64,000 nt of DNA from Azolla caroliniana (taxonomy: Eukaryota > Plantae > Polypodiophyta). A program made the translations under genes and the position numbers. Numbering within the stretch: position 1 is the first letter of the stretch; each line of letters starts with the position of its first letter. The stretch is taken from NCBI GenBank assembly GCA_043228905.1, contig JBHGNT010000001.1:29326001-29390000 (forward strand), written 5' to 3'. This document shows positions 1 to 12,070 of this stretch, piece by piece. The notes below the pieces were generated by a model. It was not told where the DNA came from, did not search any database, and worked only from the letters and a program-made list of their open reading frames with translations.

Positions 1-359
1 AGAACTGCACACACAAAAAACAGAAGGAGACAGTTTATGGAAAAGTTAAAATCTAATCGAACCATTTAATCACAAATTTAAACATAACCTTTTGATCCAG
101 ATCAACTAAGTAATTAAATAACCATTAAATCAAATAAGCATGTAAGTTAAATTAATAAAATCATTAAACAATAAATCATTAATTAAACCATAAGGAAATA
201 AAAACAGTTAACCAAAAACTGAGAAACTTAAGTTTTAGAACCAAACCGTTTAATAATAATTGAACCAAACCAAACCTTTTAATTATATTGGAACTAATAA
301 ACCCTTAAGCCATAACTTAATGATTCGGTTCGGTTTGAGTTGAAGTTGGGCCATAGCTA
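1..359. mobile_element. Right part of a hAT-type MITE (duplicate of 23262-23782)
   Basis: Ends GGGCCATAGCTA followed by CCATCGAC, the same right end and flank as the complete copy at 23262-23782; AAACC-rich subterminal motifs. Confidence 0.75.
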
Positions 360-1362
360 CCATCGACAAAGAAGACATTTTCATTTCATTCATCCTGCAA
401 AATATGTTGATGGAGAAAAAGGTAAAGATTATGCTAGACTTGGGTTTCCTAGAGTTGTATTAGTCCAAAGTGCTTAATGTGAGTAGCCATATGTAAATTG
501 GAGAATCATGTGAGAGCTATAAAACTCAACCTCTTAAAATGTATGTGCCTATGAACTCAATCTTGGGTGGACACCAAGAATAATAAGTAATTTTTTGGGA
601 AATGTTGGTATGAAACATTGGAAAATAAGGATTCACAACTTTTTTGAGGTATGTTTTCTAGTGTTAGGTTATTTATGTACTAAAATATGGTTATGGTTCC
701 AACAACCCATCTCCTCATGACAAAGTTTGAGATTTGTCAATCTGTAGTACATAGTCAAAGTGCCGATAATGTAGTAATAATTTTAGTCAATCCAAGTACT
801 CACATATTTGTCATTCTTGCATCGAGATGGTAGAACATGTCTAATGTTCAAACTCAATCATACACTGAACCTTCACTTGATAGTACTATGCAAATGGATA
901 TTTTATTGATAAAATATATATTGTGACATTTAGAATTGTGCGAAGCAAATTCCATACACCTCATTGCCAACCAAGGTACTCTCACATTCACCTTTCTTGT
1001 ATTGAGATGGCAAAAGATGTCTCCAGTCTAAACTCAATCATACAATGAAGCTCCACGTAGTTGTACTATGCAAACAAGTAAGTTCGTGATACGAAGATAT
1101 ATCATGACATTTAGAATTGTGTGAAGCAAATTCCGTATACAAGTTACTAACATGTTCACCATTATTGTATTGAAATGAAAAAGCATGTCTCGACTCTAAA
1201 ATCTATTGTACATTGAAACTCAAATTGGTTATATTGTGCAAAGCGTTATTTTATTGATACATAGATTATATATATCATGAAATTTAGAATTGTGCAAAGC
1301 AAATTCCATGTATCTCACTTATAATCCTGAATTTGGTTAACAAATGTTTTTCAATGCAACAT

Positions 1363-2098
1363 TTTTTTTTTTTAAAAAGTAGGTTCACCTTGGTATTAAT
1401 GGAAAGATGTCGAAAGGCTACAACGAGTTCATACAATTTATTACAACCCTCATATCCACATCAACCAGCATGTCAAAAGCCCTCATGAAGGTTGTTCCAA
1501 GACGAGGGGTGGAAAAAGCCAACTTGGTGGAGCATATCTCCACTTTATTCTTTCTCCAAAAGAGACGAAGACCTTAGCGTTTTTCCAAATTTCTCTGAAC
1601 TATTGTTGTCTCCGAATCACAACCTCAGGCTCACCAGTTATTGCATCATATTGACCTCTTAAAGCGTGTATGAGCATTAACCATACCTCTTTGACTAACT
1701 CAACTGCATTATGTTTAACATTCTAAAATACACATTTACATCTAGCCTTCCACAATACACAAATGACTAGAGAAGATATCGTAGACCAGACCATATCCTC
1801 TTCCAAACAACAGACTAATGTAATTTTAGAGACCTCCAATACAAGTCTTCCATTAGAGAGGAGAAGGAAATCACCATACTCCTTTTCATAGTTTTGAATT
1901 TCTTTAGCCAATCTTCCCCATCTCACAAAACCCCATGTGTACACCTGCCTACCATAAATAGGATATAACATTCTCAACATTCTTTTCCAAACTGCTCTAG
2001 CAATAGGACATATCCATAAAACATGGTAAACCGATTCCAATAAGCAACCACAATTGTCACATTTAGGAATTTGCATGGCCCATAACCATTTCCAATAA
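1363..2098 (-). mobile_element. 5'-truncated LINE (L1-type ORF2 C-terminal zf-RVT fragment)
   Basis: ORF 1723-2139 has CxxC...ESVYHVLWIC and LWKARCKCVF; poly-T (poly-A tail on minus) at 1362-1373; TSD GCAACAT at 1356-1362 and 2099-2105; absent from the paralog at about 24779. Confidence 0.85.
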
Positions 2099-2478
2099 GC
2101 AACATATTCCATGGTGTGTTGGGACATTATCCACAACATGGAGCCTAATCAAATTATTTATAAGTTATAACATGGAAAGTTCATCAATTGCATGAATAAC
2201 TCGACAAAAGACATTAATATAGAGTACAATAACTCATTCAAAATACTTAGTTACAGGGTTGGATGAACTTTAGCAATTTTATAGCAAATTAGTGGTGTAT
2301 ACATTTGTGATATGGTGGGATCAATCAATTTGTCCCATCGTAACTTTTGGAATCCAACTCATAACTATTTTTTAGTTATGGTGGCAAGTTTCATCATGTA
2401 CAAAGAAATTTGGAGATGACTGAACCTAGATAATTAAAATTACATTCAACAACGCATTTATAAGATTGATGCATTATT

Positions 2479-2963
2479 TTAGGATGAATTGTCGCATTCA
2501 ACTAACAATACAATGTGCTCAAAAAAGGCGATATCACACGGAATAGTAATGGGGCCCTCTTGATCAAACCCATATTCTTCTTTTGCCTTCTCTAACAAGA
2601 TTGCAAACAAAGGATGGTTAACCATACTTGCCTTTACACGGAACCGCTTCCTTTCTTCACCCACATACAGACTGAAATATCCCTTGGGTGTTTCAACATA
2701 ACTCTTCTTATTACAAATAACATTGATATTAGTCATGCTTGAGGGGGGACTAAACGACGACTTTAAATAGGATGATGACTTTAATAATGAATTGATTGGT
2801 GACCTATTATTATTATCACAAGTTGTTCTTGATAGTATAACTCGTTGAATGATTCATTACTAGGAATACGAGGAAGTGAGAATTTGGCACACTTGGGTAG
2901 CATGAAAGTAGAATGCATCAATGGTTGCTTGCTCTTGAATATCCTTCTCCAAATCCTCACCAT
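2479..2963 (-). pseudogene. SAUR: SAUR (auxin-inducible) gene, type A, frameshifted in the N-terminal extension; core ORF 2479-2736 intact
   Basis: TPKGYFSLYVGEERKRF...NHPLF..LLEKAKEEYGFDQEGPITIPC SAUR core. A 16-bp deletion (GAACAAGGGTTCACAT) relative to the 25159 copy puts ATG 2963 out of frame. Confidence 0.85.
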
Positions 2964-3155
2964 TTGTGAGTACACTTTGACAGTCTCTTGCTTGGAGTGG
3001 ATAGAAGATGATGATGAGGAGTATTCACGTTTCTAAAGAAGTGAATGTGGCCTATTAGACCCAAACAATATAGATTGGATAACTTGTCCCGAAAATAAGG
3101 TTAGCAAACACTGGAGAGAGAGAGAGAGGTTGCAATTAATAAATGTGTGAGCAAC

Positions 3156-3163
3156 TTATATAA
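3156..3163 (-). promoter_or_regulatory. TATA box of the SAUR copy at 2479
   Basis: TTATATAA about 195 bp upstream of the ATG, next to a (GA)n tract; the same position is kept in the 20317 and 25159 copies. Confidence 0.55.
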
Positions 3164-3427
3164 TGGCTATCATGGCCTTAATTATTGAAATGATCCACGA
3201 TTAATAATAAAGGACACACTCATAGCCCAACCCCCACCCCCCAAGTTTTATTTGTTTATGTATAGAGCTAGGAGCCTAGGACTAGAGCTCACTTTATATG
3301 TAGATAATATGTGCATCATTTCCTCACTTATATGGGAAGATAGATTCTCCCATAGTAGTCTTTTCCCAAGTTTCAGACCATCCGCCGTTAGCCTCGACAC
3401 ATTAAAAAATACAAAAACAACTTTTCA

Positions 3428-3433
3428 TGTCTC
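3428..3433. promoter_or_regulatory. Candidate auxin response element TGTCTC
   Basis: Canonical AuxRE hexamer at a homologous upstream position in three SAUR copies (3428, 21394, 26115). Confidence 0.4.
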
Positions 3434-5779
3434 TGAATAATATCGGTTCTTTCTATCATTGTCTTTGTCATTTGGTTTGACTTTCTTATGTAATGAACCA
3501 ATAATATAGCTACAATGAATCATTCTCATTGGCCCTATCTTAGGGTTTTCTTCCGACCATAGTCCGTCAACATATTCTGTCACACGTTTCTATCAAAGTC
3601 ATTATTCAATGAATATTTAAGAAAAACAAAGAATCCAAGTTGAACATGCTAAGCAATGAGAATAATAATATAAATGCTAAGCTAGTACATTAACAAGATT
3701 TCATTATATTTAGAGCAGTGAACAAAATAACAAAGTTTCAAGAACATTTCTTCATTATGCCCCTTCCTTCTCATCTATATTTCAAGAACCCTTATTTGGT
3801 TAGATATATTTCTTTTTATGTCAACATGCATTGTGTTTGTTGGGAGGACTCCATTATCGAGGAAGAGCCATCCTCTATATAACAACAAAGTTTCAAGCTA
3901 TATGTGTTTTTATGGAGGAATTCAATATTGTTTTTGACACATCTTAGTGTAGGTATCCATTCACCACTTTAACTTACGCACTTCAAGCAAAATAGAGTAA
4001 ATTTGTGCATATGGAATTTACTTTTCTTTATGTTAAGAAAATGACCAAGGCGTATACAAATCAGGCTATGTACACTCTACTATTTCTAGGTCGCTTTCAT
4101 ATATATTTGGCTATCATTTTGTGACACCTTAGATAAAAAAAGGTGGGACAAGTGTTGTCCATGTAATACCAAACGATTGCCTGACAAAACTCGTTATTTT
4201 TCAAAAGCATCAAGACATAACTAGCAAGCTTCTAAACGCAGCTAGACATTGATATCATTGAAAGCAATATGGGTGATTTGCATGCCAAAGGGAGGTAGAG
4301 TAAGTGAGGTGGCTGGAAGCACCATTTCATATATCCTGATGTGAAGTCCACCAATGGTGTGGTTGCCCAGAGTGGATCAAACAAACCCCATTATAAGTAC
4401 CGACAATACTATCAAATGTATGGATGAGTGATTTTAATTAGAGGAAATATCAAACAAACCCCTTGTATAAGTATCAACAATATGATCAAAAGCACCACCT
4501 TGTCTTAGGAGTAGTATCGAGGGGAATATCAAATGCACCCATGAGGGTACACTCCTTGTTTGATGACATATCAAAAGCACTCCTCTTGTGAGCCCTATCA
4601 AGGGTACCATCAAAAGATTCCCTTGTGAAAAGTACATTGATGTTTTAAAATGGTCATCCACTAATAATGTATTTGTTACATTATTTCTTTGCTAACTAGC
4701 GTGTCCTTATCTTTATCATCACTCAATTTGTATAATATGACCTAATCATCTTGATTTTTAATGAGGAATGTATATTCAAATAAGAATAAACGTCATTCAT
4801 TAACAATTAGTGCATATTTGATTAACATTAATGACCATTGTTTTAATCAACATTTTAATTTCGAGCATCATAACCATTTTCTATATGTTACAACATATTA
4901 CATTTGATATTTCTTAAACTACGATATATTTAGTATGTTGGATTGAGTAGACATATTTCTTTACAATGTGTTGATTCAATACTCCTTTACCCCTTCATTG
5001 ACAAAATGGGTAAGAGGGATTGTCACACACTCTCAAGCTACTAACATTCATATATTATGAGCTAAGGAACTCTTTCTTTCCTCTTAAATAGTTATTATAA
5101 CCAAGAGGCTAAATCGTGCCAAACCGTAAACCAAGCTTACTAGTTAAGACGCACAAAAGCACACCCGATCGAGCAAACCATGCTTTGATAAGTTAATGTA
5201 CACCGCAATCGAGTCGAAGGAGAATAACGTAAGGGTTAGAGTAAATCACTTAACAATATTCTCATGAAAAATGAGGGATAGATAGATATATAGGTTTTAT
5301 AATCGTCTTTAGAGGTCAAATATGACTTATGAGACAATAAATATAACATTTTAACACAATACATGTGAAGGATAGTAACAGACTCTTGATGTTCTAGAAC
5401 TTTACTTATGAATTTCATTAGTACAAATTCTTGTTTAGAGTGCAAGGATTGGGTTTAGTCTAATCGAATGCAATAAAAAACAAAGCATTGTATTGAAGCG
5501 TGATACTCAAACTCTTGAACTTGTTTAGGGAACACCTCATCTCACACCATAGTTAGTATGACCTAATAAGCCATATGGAAGCAATGGTTCAGATAGTAGA
5601 CAACATGATGGGCTCTAACATATATTATCGCGTGTGGTTTCCTTGTTCATGCGAAGAATATAGTTCTGGTGCAATATAACATGTGAAGCACGAGCCTCCA
5701 TATTTTCTCAATGTCATGACACATAGCATTGCAAAAAGGTCTCATACATAGAAGACACAATAATTGATGTACCATGAAG

Positions 5780-6420
5780 GAAGTGTGTTACATCCCATCT
5801 TCCAAACCATTTTTTCCCATAACTTGCATCTAACTAAAGCAGAACTTTCTGCTTTTATATGATGTTTGGATTAGTTTGCTTGCTTTTCATACAATTTTAG
5901 GAAGTCAATGTGAGGGACTTTTTGAACCTTAAGAATGTATTCAACAACCCTTTTCATGGCCTCATCTCATTGGGAAGGATTACATCGCAAAAAAGTAGGA
6001 GTGTGTATGACATTTGTTTCTCGACTTTGATAGACTTTGTTTAAGAAAATGCTTTTGGACATTTTCAAACGCTTTTCAAGTAGACTTATAAGCGATGCTA
6101 CCTCCCTATACTTCTACCCCATAGAGAACCATTGGTGTTGCTGATGTGTCAAAAACGTATTTTCTTGAGGACCCAACATTTAATTTCTCCACCATTGCAT
6201 GTGTTCTCAAATGCATAATGGGTAGTGAGATGCGATTGGATGTGTTTTAGCATTTCCCCCTTGTATTGGGGCCAATATTTGGGGGCTTAATATTTACAAT
6301 GCAATATTCCAATTTTGACATTTTAGCATATTTGTGTTCCATTTTCGGTACATCATCTCCCAAGAAAGTCTCATTCATATTTGAATTGTAATTGTTATGA
6401 GGATGGCTTGTCGGGCCCCA
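5780..6420 (-). mobile_element. Decayed non-LTR retrotransposon RT C-terminal relic (duplicate at about 48410-48970)
   Basis: Minus-strand translation contains PMVLYGVEVW-like sequence typical of the LINE RT C-terminal region; many stops. Confidence 0.5.
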
Positions 6421-6440
6421 GGTTTCACAGGTGTTAGCAG

Positions 6441-6681
6441 CATAGTATGAACCAAATGTACCATCCGTGCATGCGAGAATGTTTCAATCATTCGAGTGTG
6501 GTAAATACCATACATTTGTATTCATTATTTATTATAAGGTAAAAAAAAAAATTTGAGGTAAGAAAATTAAGGTAAAACGTGTAAAAAAATAACACAGGAA
6601 TGTTTTGATAACACACATACGCATTCGCATTCGTATGAATAAGAATGTTTGCGAATGCATTCGAGTATATTACGTACTATG
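6441..6681. mobile_element. CATAGTA-terminus MITE (hAT-like) about 170 bp upstream of the PPR gene
   Basis: TIRs CATAGTATG...CGTACTATG; same family as 14183, 21526, 48994 and 54075. Confidence 0.7.
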
Positions 6682-6848
6682 ATTAGTTAGCGGGTTCCCT
6701 TAATGTGAACGCGCACTCAGTACTCACCCAATAGAAGATAGAAGGCGTACTATACTGCTACTAATTCCATTTCTGCTTACAGTAGTTACTCTTACATGGT
6801 CTTCATGAATTCTGCAGCTTCTCCCAGGGTTTTCCAAAGCTCAAGAGA

Positions 6849-8810
6849 ATGATGGGCATTTACAAGACGCATCCCATCGTATGTTCAAATCAAAGTAATA
6901 CTCTTAACCAAAACCCTGAATTGTTTTCATCAATTCTCCAATCCTGTGCTAAAAGCAAGGATTCGGAAGGAGCCCAAACCCTCCATTCCATCATCACCAT
7001 GGGATGTGGGTACGAATGCACCTCCAAGATTGTCTGCCAATTCATCACTTCATATGCATCCTGTGGCCTCATCATTGATGCTCATAGAACCTTTCAAGGT
7101 TTAAGCGATCACTGCCTAAACCCTCACATATGGAATGCCATCATCTCAGCTCATGCTGAGCATGGTGAATCGGAACAAGCAATCTCGCTCTACGAGCAAA
7201 CTAGGCCTCGGAATGTCACTTCGAACCCCTCTACTTTTGTGGCCCTCTTTAAGGCCTGTGCTCGATCTGATCGTCTCTCAGAAGCTCGATTGCTTCACTC
7301 GGACCTTGAAAAAGATGGGTTTGAAATTGACCTCCGCACAGGTAACACATTGGTGGATATGTATTGCAAATGCAATAGTTTGCATGATGCAAGGCGTGTG
7401 TTTGATCACCTCCGAACCCGAAACATAGTCTCCTGGAACACGATGCTCACTGGATACGTACAACATGGACTCAATGGAGATGCACTAGAGATAGTCCAGA
7501 AAATGTATGAACAAAGATTGGTTCCAAGTAATATCACGTTGATCTGCCAACTGAAACTCTATACTAGCATGAAGGATCTGAATCAAGGTCAATCAGTTCA
7601 TGTTCAAGTATATAAACTAGGCATTGAATCAGACATTGTTCTCGGGAACTCACTACTGAATATGTATGTGAAGTGTAAAGAACTCGAGGCTGCCAATCTC
7701 GTCTTTGATAGGCTACAAACACAGAATGTAGTGGCATGGTCTGGAATGATACAAGGATATGCTGAGAATGGACATGGTGAAGAAGCCATCAAGTTGTTCA
7801 TCAAGATGTGGAAGAGGGGGATCAATCCTGATGAAATCATGTTTGTATGCATTCTAAAGGCATGTGCTAGCATACGGGCTCTTGAACAAGGTAACCTTAT
7901 ATACATTGAAGTCCTCAAGCAGAACATTACATTGAATGTATTCATTGGAAGCATCCTTGTCGTAATGTATACTAAGTGTGGGAGAATCCCGGATGCTCGC
8001 AGGGTGTTCGACAAGTTGCCGGTTCGGAATGTTGTGTCTTGGTCGTCGATTATCGAAGCCTATGCAGAGGAAGGGCAAGGAGAAGAAGCTCTAAAACTAT
8101 TCAAAGGAATGCATGAACAGAGTGCAAAACCCAACCGGATCACATTTTTATGTGTTATTAAAGCATGTTCAAGCATATCAGCATTGGACCAAGGCATGTG
8201 TGTTCACGGATGTGCAATTGAACATAGCTTTGAATCTGATTTACTCATCGGAAATATCTTGGTTGATATGTATGCAAAATGTGGTAGTCTCTCTGATGCG
8301 GTTTCATTGTTTAACATGTTGGATTCAGGCAGCTTAGAGTCTTTATCTGCATTGATATCTGGATATGCTAATCATGGGCATCTGGAGATGGCAAAACATT
8401 ATTTCCAAAAACTTTGGAATGAAGGCATCGAATCTGATATAATTGCATTTTTGAGCCTCATTTATGCCTGTAGCCATTCTGGTTTACTTCAAGAGGGGTG
8501 TTTCTATTTCCGATGCATGATAGAAGAATTTGCACTACTACCCACGATGGAGCATTATGCATGTGTGATCGATATGTTTGGTCGAGCAGGTCTTCTAAAT
8601 GAGGCAGAGGATGTGATCGGCAAAATGCCATTTGCACCGGACTCAGTGGTTTGGAAAGCATTGCTAAGCTCCTGCGTAAGGCATACGAATGTTAATGTAG
8701 GAACGCGAGCATTTAATTCTCTTCTTAAGTTCGATTGTGAGCATGCCGCGGGGTATGTGCTTATGTCCAACATTCATGTAGCTAACACTATCTTATCAGA
8801 GGATGCATAA
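6849..8810 (+). CDS. PLS-class pentatricopeptide repeat protein with a partial E domain (organellar RNA editing-type)
   Basis: 653-aa intronless ORF with repeated GNxLVDMYxKCG..AxxVFD..NVVSW motifs and a terminal EHYACVIDMFGRAG...MPFAPDSVVWKALL...AAGYVLMSNI; no DYW domain. Confidence 0.95.
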   Translation: MMGIYKTHPIVCSNQSNTLNQNPELFSSILQSCAKSKDSEGAQTLHSIITMGCGYECTSKIVCQFITSYASCGLIIDAHRTFQGLSDHCLNPHIWNAIISAHAEHGESEQAISLYEQTRPRNVTSNPSTFVALFKACARSDRLSEARLLHSDLEKDGFEIDLRTGNTLVDMYCKCNSLHDARRVFDHLRTRNIVSWNTMLTGYVQHGLNGDALEIVQKMYEQRLVPSNITLICQLKLYTSMKDLNQGQSVHVQVYKLGIESDIVLGNSLLNMYVKCKELEAANLVFDRLQTQNVVAWSGMIQGYAENGHGEEAIKLFIKMWKRGINPDEIMFVCILKACASIRALEQGNLIYIEVLKQNITLNVFIGSILVVMYTKCGRIPDARRVFDKLPVRNVVSWSSIIEAYAEEGQGEEALKLFKGMHEQSAKPNRITFLCVIKACSSISALDQGMCVHGCAIEHSFESDLLIGNILVDMYAKCGSLSDAVSLFNMLDSGSLESLSALISGYANHGHLEMAKHYFQKLWNEGIESDIIAFLSLIYACSHSGLLQEGCFYFRCMIEEFALLPTMEHYACVIDMFGRAGLLNEAEDVIGKMPFAPDSVVWKALLSSCVRHTNVNVGTRAFNSLLKFDCEHAAGYVLMSNIHVANTILSEDA

Positions 8811-9854
8811 ATCGTGGAGGGGAGTCTTAAAATGCCACAATATTATGACCTAATTTTATCGAGCTGGAAAAAGGATATAACACCATTTACTACAAAGCCA
8901 TGAATAGTATGCAAAAGAAGAACTGATTGTCGCATGTTACACTGGAGCGTTATGTTGCTGGTTATGTGAGAAGAAGAAAAAAGAGTGAAACAACACAATC
9001 GAAGGGGATATGACACTACCAATATTCTATCCTTGGTAGCATGTGAAAAGTAGGTAAGAGACCACATTGACTGGGGCTTTACACAGAACATTTGCTCTAA
9101 TTAAACAAAATAGAGAATATTTTGAATGTTCAGGTTACCCATACCAGAACAACTGATATGGAATCTCACTTTTTTGCAGTGATTTCAGCAACCAAGGATG
9201 TGGTTCAAATGATGCAAGGTGATGTATTGATACTTGAGATAATCCGAGGCAGTGAGACACGATGGTTGTCAAATTTGCCTGTCTCAAAGAAAAAAGAAAA
9301 TCAACATTCTTTTTTTCCATATTGATCCATAAATACAAAAAATTAGGGATTAAAAAAACCATACAGAAGCAATCGAACTCAAAGAACTTCTCCTAAAAAT
9401 TAGAAAGACCTTGTTTATTCACTTATACAGATAGAGGAAGGATATGTCACAACATTTCGGCACATCCCAAAATGCGAGGGAGTTTTACAAACATTTTGCC
9501 GAAGAAATTGTCATTAGATTGAGGGAGATTTGGCAAAAGGAAATGCTACTTTTGCATTTTCATTTGGAGTAAATGATTAATGAACACCATCAATATCATT
9601 GTCAAAGAATGCTTTTCATTCTTGTTTTGATGTTTTTTACGATTTGTATGGCTTTCTTGCATTCAGCCACTTGTTGAAGGTGTCTCGGTGAAATATGGCA
9701 TGGTTGAATCTTATTTTCTCTTATATCAAAACTTTTTATGTAAGCAATCATACCAATGTTTTGTGCTTGACTTTATTCTAACAATTATCTAGACATGTTG
9801 ATAATTTTGTTAACAGTTGCTCCTCAATGTTACTCTACAACACTCCATAGATGA

Positions 9855-10103
9855 GAAACTGTTATATTTCCATAATGGAGTAGTTCAAGGTGGAAAGTAT
9901 GAAAGAAGCTATACAAGCTTACTCATGGAAGACAATAGAAACTGTTATATTTCCATAATGGAGTCGTTCAAGGTGGAAAGTATGAAAGAAGCTATACAAG
10001 CTTACTCATGGAAGACAATAGAAACTGTTATATTTCCATAATGGAGTCGTTCAAGGTGGAAAGTATGAAAGAAGCTATACAAGCTTACTCATGGAAGACA
10101 ATA
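9855..10103. repeat. Tandem repeat, 3 x 83 bp
   Basis: Unit GAAACTGTTATATTTCCATAATGG...GGAAGACAATA starts at 9855, 9938 and 10021; copies nearly identical. Confidence 0.9.
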
Positions 10104-11001
10104 TTAAGAGATTACAAATGATATCAAGAAGGTTGCAATATTGAACATGAAGAATCTCTGTATAGAAGTTAAAAAGAGGATTGAAACAAGATTAAAAGAT
10201 ATAATGCTAAATGATCGTACACATTGTGCCAGTACAAATGCCTTTATATTGTTAGGTCACTATTGGGTTTTGAGGATGAAAGAAAACCAATTCTCTTGTT
10301 CTCTCCTCTCTCGACGCAATCAAGTCAATGAATAAATCAGCATCTTCTTGTCTCCTTAAGAGGTAAAACATTGTCTTAGATAATATATTTCATGCCCCTT
10401 GTGCACAAAATGAAATTATCCTAAATAGGTATACAACCCTTTTCAGTTTACCACAAAGTCATTATGAATGAAGATGTTACTTTGAAGTATGAGATTTGAG
10501 TTCTAGCATCTGATTCTTTAAGTATTAGAATGTGATAGTATGGTAATGTCGAAATTTTTGGTTTGTGAATGAAAAATATCAAAAAATCCGAGTGGAATAT
10601 TTATAAACCATTGAGCAACTTGTGTTCAAGGTAGAAAGTCATTTCTTGATCTCTATCAAATTCTTAGGCCTGGTCCAATCTTGTCTCTCTTGCATACATA
10701 TACCTACGTTTCTATGATATGCTTTCACTTTGCTCATGTCCACCATAGCTCTAAGACAATAGTTTATTAGTACTTTCTCTTTTAAAAGGGAAATTCTAAT
10801 GTTTTATTGTTTTCAATCATTAGAATTTAGGATGCCTCTTCATTCTTTATATTGTGGAATATATGAAAATTTCAATGCTTATTTTTTAGGAGCAAACTGC
10901 CATGGTGCAACATAGTTGTCAATAAATGCTTCGCCAAAATTATATCATTTTATAGCATATACAATCTAGGCACAGAAAAAATGAAAAAGCGAAGCATAAG
11001 T

Positions 11002-11074
11002 TTCCGTTGCCGGGACTTGAACCCGGGTCTCTCGGGTGAGAGCCGAGTATCCTAACCAACTAGACTACAACGGA
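11002..11074 (-). tRNA. trnE-CTC: tRNA-Glu (CTC), nuclear
   Basis: Reverse complement TCCGTTGTAGTCTAGTTGGTTAGGATACTCGGCT-CTC-ACCCGAGAGACCCGGGTTCAAGTCCCGGCAACGGAA matches the plant tRNA-Glu cloverleaf; downstream T-run (Pol III terminator) at about 10975-10988. Confidence 0.95.
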
Positions 11075-11326
11075 GCTATCCAATTGCTTTAGATAGTCTA
11101 TTTATATACAAAAATTTTCGAGTTGCAAAAATTTGCCAATCCAACAATGATGCATATTTGTGGAAGGCATACATATTGTGCCAAGTTCTTATTTACAAAT
11201 GAATTCCTTCATTTGGTGAAAACTCCCTATGGAATACCTAACACTTGGACTCTCTTATGCATCTATTGGTCTCAATATAAAGCAAGAATGTCTATTGATC
11301 GTATCTAACCTTATCTCATTACCAAT

Positions 11327-11748
11327 ATGAGTAGTAATGCTGGTAGAGCCCTTACACTACTTCACACTCAATCTCACAAGTTAGGTATTGAAGTTGCATC
11401 ATGGTATCAAAATGTAACGAATTTGAAAACATGTAAAGTATGCAATGAAGGCATGGTAGAGGATGAATGTCACTTGCTCTTCACATGCTCGACATATAGT
11501 GCAATTCGTTCAAGATATGCTGACATACTAAGAGGGAGTGATAACTTAAGTGCCATACTTAAGACACCACCAAGAAGGTTGAGCTCATATGTGTATGTTT
11601 ACTAACACATAGAGACTTTGTGCTTCAACGTATGAATACCCCTTCTTAGGAAGGAGACATATATCAAGAACACATGTATACTCTGGTTTCCATAGGTCAA
11701 AATTGGCCTCTTTATGGACGATAAAAATTCTAATTCTAATTCTAATTC
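11327..11748 (+). mobile_element. 3' relic of a non-LTR retrotransposon with a microsatellite tail
   Basis: CKVCNEGMVEDECHLLFTC zinc-finger-like C-terminus; (AATTCT)n tail at about 11726-11748. Confidence 0.6.
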
Positions 11749-12070
11749 CTCAATGTCTTTCCATTGGCAAACATTTCAATTCGACTTTTTTTCTCATCTA
11801 TTACTTAAATCTCTCATCTTGATCCACATCACATTTATCAATCCAAACACTTCTAATTTGCTTCATCCAACTATGGCTATCGTGCTTCTCGATTGCTTCC
11901 TGAAAATCACTTTATGAAGCAAATGTATAGGAGTTTTTGCATAGATATATAGATATCATAAATAGATGCTCACATTTTAAGTAAAAGATCGATGTTATGA
12001 TATACTAAAAGGCCAACTCCAAGCACCACCATCTAATACATGAATGTTCCCATGGTAAACAAACCATTGA

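Larger units (their letters stand above)
1..6930. repeat. Segmental duplication, copy 1 (paralogous to about 23427-27670 plus 48022-49493)
   Basis: Near-identical collinear sequence (MITE end, SAUR, upstream region, LINE relic, MITE, PPR start). Copy 2 is split by the 20-kb LINE nest. Copy 1 carries a private LINE fragment at 1363-2098. Confidence 0.9.

Noticed and set aside
9855-10103. CRISPR or coding repeat (ORF 9817-10041)
   Set aside because: Head-to-tail 83-bp units with no spacers; the unit length is not a multiple of 3.
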